Shown: one piece after another, positions 11,549-22,100 of the stretch
How the letters are laid out: each line of letters begins with the position of its first letter
Numbering within the stretch: the stretch's first letter is position 1
Origin: an uncultured Pseudobdellovibrionaceae bacterium
Lineage (GTDB): Bacteria; Bdellovibrionota; Bdellovibrionia; Bdellovibrionales; UBA1609
Assembly (NCBI GenBank): GCA_963803705.1
Contig: CAWDNU010000003.1
Coordinates: 320,001 to 384,000, forward strand
Reading direction: 5' to 3'
Length of the DNA: 64,000 bases
Translations under genes and position numbers: made by a program
Notes under the pieces: model-generated
Seen by the model: only the letters and a program-made list of their open reading frames with translations
Told to the model about the DNA's origin: nothing
The model's database searches: none

Positions 11549-13696
11549 ATGAGTTATAAGCATTTTAATATTGTTGATAAAGGCGACTTCGCATTTGTGG
11601 AGTTCGATGTTCAAGGTGAAAACGCCAATGTTTTCTCGACTCCGGTAATGACTGAATTTAAAAAAGTTGTAGATGAACTAGGTGCAAGTAAATACAAAGC
11701 TGTAGCCATTATTTCTAAGAAGAAAAACATTTTCATAGCTGGGGCTGACATAAATGAAATTAAAGATCTTAAGTTAAAAGAAGATATTTTATCGGCGACA
11801 CTCGCCGGACAAGAGGTCTTTAATTCAATTGAAGATTCAAAAATTCCATTCGTTTCAGCGATCCACGGAGCTTGTGTTGGTGGTGGATGCGAAATGTCTT
11901 TGGCATGTGACTGGAGAATTGCGTCAGATGCAAGGTCTACGAAAATAGGTTTACCTGAAGTCCAACTGGGAATAATCCCAGGATTTGGTGGTTGCGTTCG
12001 GTTACCAAGGGTAGTCGGCCTTATCCAAAGTCTACAGATCATATTACCAGGTGGCTCTGTTCCTGCTTTAAAAGCTTACAAGATAGGGCTTATAGACGAG
12101 CTTATTCCTGAAGCTATTTTTACAAGCCGTGTAGAAGTTTTCATGCAAGATTTGGTTAGAAGAGGGGCTAAAAAAAGAAAGAAAGTTTTTTCTCCACCTC
12201 TGGTAGGAAAACTGATGGAAAGTCCTTTGCTAAAGTGGAAGATTTTCTCTGAATCCTCAAAAACTGTTATGAAACAGTCAAAAGGTCATTATCCTGCACC
12301 ATTAAAAGCCTTAGAAGTGGTCAAAAAAACTTATGGGATGTCTAATCGGAGTAAAGCACTAAAAATCGAAAGAGAAGGTTTTTGCGAAGCCGCCATGACT
12401 GAAGTGAGTAAGAACTTAATTCAGCTTTATTTTTGGATGGAGAATATCAAAAAGCGCACAGGCGTAAGCAGTTCCTCAAATTCAAAGGCAAAACCTATAA
12501 AAACTATGGCTGTGTTAGGCGCTGGAACTATGGGTGGAGGTATCGCTCAACTGGCAGCTGATAAAGGTGTTCGGGTCCGTATGAAAGACATAAGTAACAA
12601 TTCACTTATGCGAGGCTTTGAAGCTGCGGCAGAAATATGGAATAAATCCGTTAAAAGAAAAAAGTTAACCCCACAAGGTTTCCAGCAGAAAATGGGCCTT
12701 TTAACTGGAACACTGGATTTCTCCGGTTTTAAAAATATGGACTTGGTCGTAGAAGCTATCGTCGAAGATATGAGTATAAAAAAGAAAGTGATTGCTGAAA
12801 CAGTTAGTTTTACAGGTGATAACACGATCATTGCAACTAATACCTCTTCGTTGAGCGTAGCTGAAATGTCTGCAGCGCACCCGAAACCAGAAAATTTTGT
12901 CGGACTTCATTATTTTAATCCTGTGCACAAGATGCCTTTGGTTGAGGTCATCCGCGGACCAAAAACTAGCGATGACACTACAACAACTGTTTTTGAATTC
13001 GCCAAAAAAATGGGTAAAACACCTGTGGTGGTTAAAGATGGTCCCGGATTTTTAGTCAACAGGTTGCTTTTACCTTTGCTTTCTGAAGCGCTATTTATTT
13101 TAGAAGATGGTTTCGATATCGAGACTGTAGATAAAAAATATACACATGTTTTTGGTAACCCAATGGGACCCTTTAGGTTAATGGATGAGGTTGGTATAGA
13201 CGTGTGTATAAAAGTTTTGAAAATTTTTAAATCTTCTTTCGGTGATCGAATGCAGGTGAGTCAACTCACGGACAAACTTGAAGGTCAAAAAGATCGCTTA
13301 GGTCGAAAAACTAAAAAAGGTTTTTATCTGTACGATGATGAAGGCAGGGCGAAAGGAGTCGACCCAGAGGTTTATAAGGTTTTAGGTCTTGGAACACCAA
13401 ATAAGAGCTTTGACACTAAAGAGGTTATTGACCGTGGGATACTATCTATGGTGAACGAAGCTGCATTAGCTTTGTATGAGGATAAGATCGTTGAAAGCGC
13501 AGAAGAATTAGACTTAGCAATGATCTTTGGAACTGGGTTTCCTCCGTTTCGGGGTGGTCTATTAAAGTATGCTGATGCCGAGGGCTTAAAAAACGTAGTT
13601 GAACGCTTAGAAAGTTTTGAAATCAAATACGGACAACGATTTAAGCCAACCAAGCCACTAGTGGATTTGGTCAACAACCATAAAACATTTTATTAA
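11549..13696 (+). CDS. Multifunctional enoyl-CoA hydratase / 3-hydroxyacyl-CoA dehydrogenase (FadJ/FadB type)
   Basis: Motifs FIAGADI, GGGCE, GLPEVQLGIIPGFGG, VLGAGTMGGGIA, ATNTSSL, GLHYFNPV, GFPPFRGG. Confidence 0.93.
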   Translation: MSYKHFNIVDKGDFAFVEFDVQGENANVFSTPVMTEFKKVVDELGASKYKAVAIISKKKNIFIAGADINEIKDLKLKEDILSATLAGQEVFNSIEDSKIPFVSAIHGACVGGGCEMSLACDWRIASDARSTKIGLPEVQLGIIPGFGGCVRLPRVVGLIQSLQIILPGGSVPALKAYKIGLIDELIPEAIFTSRVEVFMQDLVRRGAKKRKKVFSPPLVGKLMESPLLKWKIFSESSKTVMKQSKGHYPAPLKALEVVKKTYGMSNRSKALKIEREGFCEAAMTEVSKNLIQLYFWMENIKKRTGVSSSSNSKAKPIKTMAVLGAGTMGGGIAQLAADKGVRVRMKDISNNSLMRGFEAAAEIWNKSVKRKKLTPQGFQQKMGLLTGTLDFSGFKNMDLVVEAIVEDMSIKKKVIAETVSFTGDNTIIATNTSSLSVAEMSAAHPKPENFVGLHYFNPVHKMPLVEVIRGPKTSDDTTTTVFEFAKKMGKTPVVVKDGPGFLVNRLLLPLLSEALFILEDGFDIETVDKKYTHVFGNPMGPFRLMDEVGIDVCIKVLKIFKSSFGDRMQVSQLTDKLEGQKDRLGRKTKKGFYLYDDEGRAKGVDPEVYKVLGLGTPNKSFDTKEVIDRGILSMVNEAALALYEDKIVESAEELDLAMIFGTGFPPFRGGLLKYADAEGLKNVVERLESFEIKYGQRFKPTKPLVDLVNNHKTFY

Positions 13697-13848
13697 TTAG
13701 TGGCCGAAATGGTTTTATATCAAATAGGTTTAACTTAAATAAATAATCTGCACTTAAGCCACTTGACCGATATTAAATCTTCACTGGTTTTTATTCTTTA
13801 GGCGCAAGGTTTTTTACTGCACCAATGTTAGCACCCTTTTTTAGATGC

Positions 13849-15204
13849 TCACGTTCTGTTATAATCGTCTTCGATACGAACTATATCGCTCTCATCAAAG
13901 GACTCTCCAGTTTGAATTTCAACAATTTCTACAGGGTCAGAAGTTTGGTTAGCCAATCGGTGGACCGAACCCTGCGCAATGAAGCAGGTTTCATTGACTT
14001 GCAGGTCAAAAACTTTGTTATCAATGGTAACATTGGCTAAGCCTCTCACTACGGTCCAGACTTCAGATCGAAATTTGTGTTTTTGCAAGGAAAGCCTTTT
14101 GCCAGGATTAACCACTATAGATTTCACTTTAAAGTAAGCGTTATCAACCAGTACCGAAAAGCTACCCCATGGCCGAACTACAGTTCTATGGCTCTGAGTT
14201 AATTCTGGATTAGATAACTTCGGCAGTACAGATTTAATTTTTGAACTTAAACCGCGGGAACTTATCAGAAGCGCATCTTCAGTATCAATAACTAAAAGAT
14301 CTTTTTGCCCAATGAGTACTACCTCTCTTTCCGATCTCACAAAGTTATTTGTACTTTCATAGCTATGTATATTGCCTTTGTCTTTACCTTTGCTTAGCTT
14401 AGCTAATGCTTCGAAACTGCCAAGATCGGACCAATGCCAATCAGACCCATTTAATATAGCCAAATTCTTCGACTTCTCGATCACAGCAAAGTCTATACTG
14501 ATATTTTCAAACTTCTGCATCAAATTCTCTGAAACTGTTAAAACTTCAGAATCATTTACTTCAAAACCTGAAGCGACTTCAAAAGCATTTGGAAGACTCT
14601 GCTGCATCTCTGTTTTCATGTTTTGATTTTTGAAAGCAAAGATACCGCTATTCCATAAATAGTCACCGCTTTGTAGGTATTTCTCTGCAGTTTCCAAATC
14701 TGGTTTTTCTTGAAACGAAACCACATTATGGTTCTTAAATTTGATATAGCCAAAACCTGTTTCAGGCTCGGTAGGCAATATGCCAAATAGCACAATCTTT
14801 TTTTGATCTATGTACTTAGCAGACTCCAGAATTGAAGCTTTATAGTTAATTGGCTCAGCTACATAATGGTCAGATGGTACAACTAACATATTGTCTAGAT
14901 CTTCAAACAGTTGGCAAGCGAGCGCGATGACAGCAGCTGTATTTTTAGCAAAAGGTTCGCACAAAAACCTTACTTTCTGTTTTAATTTCAAAGCGGCGAC
15001 CTGATTTTGAGCCAAATGAACTTGATGTTTACTCACTACAATTAAAAATTCATCTGTAAATTCCACATTCCGAATCAAGGTTTGCTGAAACAAGGTCAGT
15101 TCATCCTTATCATCAGACAATTGCACAAATTGTTTAGGCATGTTCAGCCTAGACAAGGGCCATAGCCTAGTTCCGGCACCACCACACATAACAACTGTTT
15201 TCAT
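13849..15204 (-). CDS. manC: Mannose-1-phosphate guanylyltransferase / mannose-6-phosphate isomerase
   Basis: Motifs GGAGTRLWPLSR..PKQF, EPFAKNTA, PSDH, ETGFGYI, WNSGIF, WSDLGS; C-terminal cupin RPWG..LSLQKH..RSEVW. Confidence 0.93.
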   Translation of the reverse strand: MKTVVMCGGAGTRLWPLSRLNMPKQFVQLSDDKDELTLFQQTLIRNVEFTDEFLIVVSKHQVHLAQNQVAALKLKQKVRFLCEPFAKNTAAVIALACQLFEDLDNMLVVPSDHYVAEPINYKASILESAKYIDQKKIVLFGILPTEPETGFGYIKFKNHNVVSFQEKPDLETAEKYLQSGDYLWNSGIFAFKNQNMKTEMQQSLPNAFEVASGFEVNDSEVLTVSENLMQKFENISIDFAVIEKSKNLAILNGSDWHWSDLGSFEALAKLSKGKDKGNIHSYESTNNFVRSEREVVLIGQKDLLVIDTEDALLISSRGLSSKIKSVLPKLSNPELTQSHRTVVRPWGSFSVLVDNAYFKVKSIVVNPGKRLSLQKHKFRSEVWTVVRGLANVTIDNKVFDLQVNETCFIAQGSVHRLANQTSDPVEIVEIQTGESFDESDIVRIEDDYNRT

Positions 15205-16235
15205 AGATGCTCCTCAAAACCGCTAATAATTTTTTGTAAAACAATTTCTGGCTTAAGATCAAGCATGCATTTAAAATGCTTTTTTGGACAATTTGGGCGA
15301 CCAAATACGCTACAAGGTCGACAGGTCAGCTGTTTTCGATCCACTTGAAGAGTCTCTGCCTGCTTAGATAAGGGATAGAACCCCATGTTAGGGTGAGTGC
15401 CACCCCATATAGATAATAAAGGAACACCTGCTAAAGCTGCCATGTGCATATTTGCTGAATCCATCACGATCATTTTGTCCATAGCTTGCATCAAGGACAT
15501 TTCATCATGGAACTTAAATTGGCCAGCCAAATTTGTGACGCTTAAAAACCTTTCATCAAGTTCGTCAAAATAATTGGCTTCCTCCCCGGGGCCACCGAAC
15601 AGGTAGATTTGGAAGTATGGACCAGCTTCATTGAGTTCTAAGAATTTTTCTAAATATTGTTTCGGCCACGTTTTAGTGAAATGTTTGGCGTAAGGGGCAA
15701 TACCAAGTTTTTTTGCTTCAGGCGAAAGTAATTTTGAAAGCTCTGCTCGAAGAGGTTTAGATTCAAAGCGGTAACCACTAAGAAGTTTTGTGTCACCAGG
15801 AACTTCTAAACCAAGCTCTTTAAAAACCTTTAAGTAGCGCATCGACACGTGAGTCAGAGGCTCACTGTCCAAATTCTTTAAAAATTTTCTTTTTGCTTGT
15901 CGAGCTTTGTCAACTTTGTAAACATCTTTGCCGATAAATAAATTTAGTAATCGTGTTCGAGTCACTTGGTGAAGATCACAAACAGCTTCAAACTGATATT
16001 TCTCTTTTAACTGTCTACTCAATTTGTAAATGTTAAATAAGCCAGAGCATTCTTTTTTTACATCAACGCCTACACAAGTTAGTCTGGGTATACTTGAAAA
16101 AAAAGGTTTAAGAAAGCTTTGTGTTACGAAGGTTATTTCCAAATTAGGATTAAGGTCCAAAACACTTCTTAGCACTGGGTAACATAATAGTACGTCACCT
16201 AAAGCTGAAAACCTATAAACCAAAACTGATTTCAT
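15201..16235 (-). CDS. Glycosyltransferase family 9 (ADP-heptose:LPS heptosyltransferase-like)
   Basis: Motifs RFSALGDV, DLH, MDSANMHMAA, IWGGTHP, CRPCSVFG. Confidence 0.9.
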   Translation of the reverse strand: MKSVLVYRFSALGDVLLCYPVLRSVLDLNPNLEITFVTQSFLKPFFSSIPRLTCVGVDVKKECSGLFNIYKLSRQLKEKYQFEAVCDLHQVTRTRLLNLFIGKDVYKVDKARQAKRKFLKNLDSEPLTHVSMRYLKVFKELGLEVPGDTKLLSGYRFESKPLRAELSKLLSPEAKKLGIAPYAKHFTKTWPKQYLEKFLELNEAGPYFQIYLFGGPGEEANYFDELDERFLSVTNLAGQFKFHDEMSLMQAMDKMIVMDSANMHMAALAGVPLLSIWGGTHPNMGFYPLSKQAETLQVDRKQLTCRPCSVFGRPNCPKKHFKCMLDLKPEIVLQKIISGFEEHL

Positions 16236-16840
16236 TTACTCTTATTATACAATGCAGGATTTAGCTTTTCATCATTGTACATTTTCATTTGGCGGTAAAC
16301 TTTAATGCGTTTTTTTCCGCTAGTTATGTCTTCAATCAGTTCATTAAAGCTTTGACTCAAATCTTTTTTTTGATCTAACAAGGTTTCTAATTTCACCTGG
16401 CACTTTTCTTTTTGCTCTTGATCGATATCTGTCCTAAGGACTTGCTCGTTCATGTGGTATATTTTTAAAGCCAAAATTGACATCCGATCTAAAACCCACG
16501 CAACACTTTCAGTATTCAACTTAGCCGACTTTTCAAACTTAGTTTTAGCGAAGTGATCAACGACCCAATCATCTAGCAACTCCACTTTATCGGTTCTGTC
16601 CTGGTTAGATTTGTCTATTCTTCGTTTGATCTCTGCAATCTGCTTGTCGGTAACTTTTGGATCTCGAACGATATCTTCTAGATGCCATTGGACAGTGTCG
16701 ATCCAATTTTTTGAATATAAAATTGCCTCTAAATTATCTTTTCCAAATGGATTTATAAAATCTTGATCAACATCATCATGTTTATGATAATTTTCAATGG
16801 TCTGGTCAAAAATTTTCCAGCACAGTTCTGATTGGATCAT
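16232..16840 (-). CDS. DUF4254-family protein
   Basis: Motifs KNWIDTVQWHLEDIVRDP, KRRIDKSNQDRTD.VE, NTES.AW..DR.SIL.LKIYHM, KVYRQMKMYND. Confidence 0.85.
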   Translation of the reverse strand: MIQSELCWKIFDQTIENYHKHDDVDQDFINPFGKDNLEAILYSKNWIDTVQWHLEDIVRDPKVTDKQIAEIKRRIDKSNQDRTDKVELLDDWVVDHFAKTKFEKSAKLNTESVAWVLDRMSILALKIYHMNEQVLRTDIDQEQKEKCQVKLETLLDQKKDLSQSFNELIEDITSGKKRIKVYRQMKMYNDEKLNPALYNKSK

Positions 16841-17408
16841 CGGTACTCCTTTATTAAATTTTAAAGGCTAAACTTTTTTGTGAGTAACCAAGCCTTTCTA
16901 AAGAAATTATTACAATAAAATTAAATATGTGGCCACTTATTTAACTGATAATGAAAGAAAATAAGTTTTAATATTTACAACTATCTCTGAAACTTTTATT
17001 AATAAATGGTCTATCTATGAAGCTTCAGATCTGCTGGAAAGCTTAGATTTGTAATACGCCAATAAAAATATCAAAAATTTGAAATCAAAGATTCACGACG
17101 AACAACTTAATGTATTGCAACCACAGCCTACGAAATTAGCAGATCTGAAAAAATTTTTTTTGATCCTATTCTTTATACATTACAGTAATTTTTGTTTGTT
17201 TTTAGTTCGTTTTTTGTTCAGATAAATTTTTATTATGGATGCCATATAAAAATATCTTATATGTTGAAGCTATTCCGTGTTGACACAACACCCCTAACAT
17301 CAGAAAGTTCAGCAACAATTTAGCTTTATAGTTTAAGATTTTAATGAAAGAAAAACAGGATTTGAACAATAATTTAACAATAACCTAATTTATTATGAGG
17401 GGACAAGA

Positions 17409-18113
17409 ATGGATTTTATAACAGCAATTTCAGATGCGTTTTTAAAAGGTGGGATGTGGATGTGGGTGATTTTAGGCCTGCAACTAGCAACACTAGCGAT
17501 CATCATTGAAAGATATGTGTTTTTATTTAGAAAAAACACCATTGGTGAAAGAAAGCATGTAAACAAATTTGAAGCTGGTATTCGTTCCGGTAAACTTGAT
17601 AGCGTTAAAGCTGAAGCATCAAAGCAAGAGCGCCCAGTGGACGCTGTTGTTGTGGCTGGCGTTGAAGCGGCGGTAAATTGGGGCGGCAAAGACGAAATCC
17701 GCGGCAAAATGGACGAGGTTCTTCTTGATACAAACGCAAAATTGGAAGAAAGAACTAGTTTTTTAGCGATGTTGGGTAACGTAGCTACATTGACAGGTCT
17801 ACTTGGAACCATCGTTGGTATGATCAAGTCCTTTACAGCAGTATCCACCGCAAGTCCGATGGAAAAAGCTACACTTTTATCAAGCGGAATTTCTGAAGCC
17901 ATGAATACAACAGCATATGGCTTAATTGTAGCTATACCCGCATTAGTCATGTACGCAGTTCTCTTAAATCGATCAAACAAGCTATCAGAAGATCTAAATA
18001 CAGCATCTTTAAAGGTTTTTAATTGGCTAAGCTTTGCCTATGAACCTGCTGAGCGCGCTATCGACATGGCCACTGTAAATACTAAGCCCTCTGCTAAGCC
18101 AGTAGAGCTTTAG
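17409..18113 (+). CDS. MotA/TolQ/ExbB proton-channel protein (AglR-like)
   Basis: Motifs NVATLTGLLGTIVGMI.SF, GISEAMNTTAYGLIVAIP; first gene of the Agl-Glt-like operon. Confidence 0.9.
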   Translation: MDFITAISDAFLKGGMWMWVILGLQLATLAIIIERYVFLFRKNTIGERKHVNKFEAGIRSGKLDSVKAEASKQERPVDAVVVAGVEAAVNWGGKDEIRGKMDEVLLDTNAKLEERTSFLAMLGNVATLTGLLGTIVGMIKSFTAVSTASPMEKATLLSSGISEAMNTTAYGLIVAIPALVMYAVLLNRSNKLSEDLNTASLKVFNWLSFAYEPAERAIDMATVNTKPSAKPVEL

Positions 18114-18180
18114 TCTAAACGAATAGGTTTAGAGACTTACTAAGCTTTGTTAAGAGTACTGCAATTTATAGAGGGGACCT

Positions 18181-18645
18181 ATGAAAAAAAGTAAACAAAA
18201 TCTAGATGTTGAAGTTGATTTAGTGTCGTTCATTTCACTTCTTTCGGTGCTGATCTGCTTTCTGCTTTTAACAGCGATTTGGATACAAATTGGATCGATC
18301 AACGTTAAACAAGCTGTTGGTGGGCAATCAGCCGCCGAGACCAAAAAAATCCCTGCACTTTGGACCAAAATGCAATCTGATGGCAAAGTTGTCCTTCAAT
18401 TTCAGGATTTTCCTAGATCAATAACCAGAAAGTTGGGTAGTTCTTTAACTTTAAGGGGCACTCAGGAAGGTAAAATTGATTTCGAAGCTTTTGAAAAGAA
18501 AATAGGCGAAGTAATCACTTTGGTTCCAGATTTAAAAACTGGCTTGGTTTTGCCGCAAGGTGAATCAAGGTACGAGCATGTGATTCAGCTTATGGACGAG
18601 ATGAAAAAAAGTGGCTTAATTGACCTAGGTGTTTCACCTATTTAG
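18181..18645 (+). CDS. ExbD/TolR family protein (AglQ-like position)
   Basis: Single N-terminal TM followed by a periplasmic domain ending YEHVIQLMDEMKKSG. Confidence 0.85.
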   Translation: MKKSKQNLDVEVDLVSFISLLSVLICFLLLTAIWIQIGSINVKQAVGGQSAAETKKIPALWTKMQSDGKVVLQFQDFPRSITRKLGSSLTLRGTQEGKIDFEAFEKKIGEVITLVPDLKTGLVLPQGESRYEHVIQLMDEMKKSGLIDLGVSPI

Positions 18646-18678
18646 ATAAATTTTAAATAAATTCTCGGAGTTTTAAAA

Positions 18679-19176
18679 ATGTCACAAAGTATTTTAGAAC
18701 AGACAAGTTTTGCTAGTACGTTAGAAAGCACATCCACATTAAGCCCAAAAGCAGGTGGAAAAAATAAGAATTTGGTGCAATCAGTTATGCTAACTTCCCT
18801 AGTAGATGCTTTTTCTATATTGGTTGTTTACTTGCTAATGAGCTACAGTAGTAGCGGCGAAATCATGTATATGTCTAAGGATATGGTGCTACCGGACGCC
18901 ACTCAGTCAGAAGTTTTAAATCGGCAGATAATTATAAAGTTTGATCAAGGGCAATATTATATTGAAAATGAAATTGTAGAGAAAAAAGATCTTTTTGCTC
19001 GCCTTCTGAAAATGAAAACTGAATTTAAAGAAAAGTACCCAGAGTTAGATTCTGAAAATAAAGTGATCATCCAGGCAGATAAAGGTGAAAAGTTCTTAGA
19101 CTTAAATACGATTATTCACGCAAGTGCTCAAGCAGGATTTGAGGAGATTAAGTTTGCCGTTATTAAAAATGGTTAA
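18679..19176 (+). CDS. ExbD/TolR family protein (AglS-like position)
   Basis: TM LTSLVDAFSILVVYLL with conserved Asp; IIQADK and AGFEEIKFAV at the C-terminus. Confidence 0.88.
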   Translation: MSQSILEQTSFASTLESTSTLSPKAGGKNKNLVQSVMLTSLVDAFSILVVYLLMSYSSSGEIMYMSKDMVLPDATQSEVLNRQIIIKFDQGQYYIENEIVEKKDLFARLLKMKTEFKEKYPELDSENKVIIQADKGEKFLDLNTIIHASAQAGFEEIKFAVIKNG

Positions 19177-19189
19177 TTAGAGGGGAGTT

Positions 19190-22100
19190 TTGAGTATGCG
19201 TTTAGTTATTATTCTATTATTTATTTTTTCAAACGTTTCATATGCTGCTAAATTTGATGCGCAGACACGCACACAGCTGATAAATAAATTTTCAAAAGTG
19301 TACGATCAACTTTCTGATGAAGAGCCTGCTAAAGTAAATGTTACACTGCGACTAGCAGACTTATTAGCCGAGCAGGGTCGTTACTTAGCAAATGAAGAGT
19401 TAGGTCGTGGTTGTGAGGTTTGTGACGCAGGAGTTGATGAAAGGCAACGTGCGCTAAAATTTTATGAAGAAGCTGCAGGACAGTTAAAAAGTAACAAAAA
19501 AGCTTCTGTTTTGATTCAGATGGGGCATTTAAAAGAAATGCTAGGGCAAGAATCCCAGGCTACCTCTAATTACCTTGCTGCGATACAAGTTGCCATCAAT
19601 CCCGCTTATTTAAACGAAGCACAATTTTCTTTGGCTGAAATTTATTTTAAGAGAAGACAGTTTCAAGACGCTGCAAAATATTATGAGATGGTTGTCGCTC
19701 ATCCTGACAAAAAAGGTAAGCGAGGATTTGCCGCCTATAGGAAAGCTTGGAGTCATTTTAATTTAGGGGATTACGATAAGGCAACTGACCAGTTAGTAAC
19801 AATGCTAGAAAGTCCCGATCTCTTAAACCGCGGATCCAGTAATGGTCTGATATCTGTAGACACAAATTTTCAAGATGAGATTTCCAGGGACTATGTCGTT
19901 TTTACCACTAAAAAGGGCTACAGTCTTAAAGATTTTGAGACTCTTTTTAAGCTTTCTAGAAAAGAGTCTCGCCTAGAGCATATTTTTAATTTAGCAGATG
20001 AGCTTGAAAGATTAGGGCAAAATGAATCTGCTATAAATGTCTGGTCCCGACTTATAAAGAAACTTAGTGATCCTGTAAAAAAATGGGAAGCTCACGTGAG
20101 ATATGCTAATCTGTTGCGTGAAAACAAGAACTTTGATGAGTCTTTAAAACTTTATGAAAGATCGTTAGGCCTATCAGAAAGACAAAAATCTTGTCAAACA
20201 GACCAGTGTGAAGAGATTCGATCTCGTGAAAGGAGTTATGTTCTTGACTGGAATAAGGAGCTAAAATCAACTCCTAGTAAAGATCTTGCCTTAGCCTACG
20301 AAATTTACAACAAAGTTAACCAGAGCTTAGACACGCAGTACTGGGGTGCAGAGGCGTGGTTAGCAGTTGATGATAAAAGTAAAGCCTTCAAAAGTTTTGA
20401 AAAAGCCATCGATAAGTATCCTCAATCGTTAGCCAATACAAAGAAGCCAGAGAACATAAAGGCTTACAATGAGATGTATGAAAACTCTCTATTGAAAAGA
20501 ATCGAGATAGCTGAGCAGTTAAAGCTTAAGAGTCTGCCAAGTGTTTATAATCAATATGCTAAACTTTCCAAAAATAAAGCTCAGCTGAATCAAGTCAATT
20601 ACCAGCTAGCTAGGTTGAACTACGAAGATAAAAAGTATCTGGAAGCTTACAATGACTTTTTAAATTACGCTAAAACGACCAATTCTACAGACAAAGCATC
20701 TATAAAACTTAAAGAGCAGGCTGCTGACTTGGCTCTGGACTCATTAGTTCTGGCTAAAAGGGATGATCTGCTTATTGAGGCTGCTAACGAGTTATCACGT
20801 TTAATACCAAACAAGGCTAAAGAGTATGATCAGATAATTAGAAAAGCTGTGATTAATCAATCTCTAAAATTAGCTAAAGGCGACGACAATTCCGGTGGAA
20901 ACAAAAAGGCTTTAAGGCTTTTGAAAGAAGCTGATTTTAGTAATGCCTCTCTGGAAGAGCGAGAACTCATTGCGAAGAACAAGATGATTTTGGCCGAGCA
21001 AGTTGGCCAGATCGCAGAAGCAAATGGATACGTCGACCAGTACCTTTTATTGCCAGATCTTTCTGAAGAAGATAAGCAGTTTGCCTACAAAAAGAAGGCG
21101 TGGTTATCCGAGCTAATGTTTGACTTCAAGGCTGCATTAGCTGCTACGGAAAAAATCAAAGGTATTAAAGAGCCTACCAGGACTTTGCAGTTAGCACTCT
21201 TAACAGATTTGTCTGGTGGTGATCCAAAAGTGCTGTTCGACCAATATATTATGAAAAATCCTAAAGAACCGGAGTCTTTGGACATGGCTGTAGAGCTTAT
21301 GAAATCAAGCAAAAGCCCATGGAGTGCATTTGAGCGGTATCAGAAAACTTTGTCATCTTCAGATGATAAGTGGAAAGAAGCCCTTTTGTTATCTTTTGAA
21401 AAGACCCCAGATAAAGCTGAGCTTTCAAAATATTTAACTTGGGATACTCTAGATCCAAAAAAGAGAATTGAAATTTTACAAACTCAGCTTTTCAAGCCCG
21501 TTTTAGATAAGGAAAAACTTGTTCTTTCAAGTATGACCGTAGACACATCGACTCAGCAGAAAATGACTAAAGCTCTTAAAGATAGGGTAGCCGAAATAAA
21601 ACGATATGAAGGCTTTGTTACAAAAGTTATTAAGTCTGAACTTTGGTTTGGTCAGATTTATGCTTTAGATTTTTTATCTAAAGAGTCTAAAAGATTTTAT
21701 GACGAAGTTATGTCTTTGCCAATTCCTGACGGCCTGAGTGCAGATGAGCAAAACCAGTATATGAATTTGCTATCACAAAATGCTTCTCCCTTTTTGACAA
21801 AACATAACCAGATCAATACAAAATTGGAAGAAATTTGGAACCAGAAGAAATCTGTTAATCAAGTTTTTGAAACTCTAAGTTCTCAACCGAAGTGGGTTCA
21901 AATTTTGTGGACCTCAGAATACAATAAGTTGTCTGACATTGCCCCTGAGGATTTTAAGAAGTACGTGCTTGGAAAAATCGACCAGCTGGGTGAAAAGGCA
22001 GTAGTTAAAAATGAAAGATCAAAAGATGTGCCTTTAAATAAAGTTATGAAGTTGAAGACTAAAGTGATGCAATCTCCATTTGACAGAAAACTTCTGACCG

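Noticed and set aside
17393..17980. 195-aa antisense ORF, and similar shadow ORFs such as 8872-9300, 11611-12042 and 40397-40897
   Set aside because: They lie entirely opposite well-supported genes and have no motifs; this is the expected antisense shadow.
17409..19176. Calling the motor genes tolQR or exbBD of a Tol-Pal or TonB uptake system
   Set aside because: No tolB/pal or TonB-dependent receptor nearby; the neighbours fit Agl-Glt.
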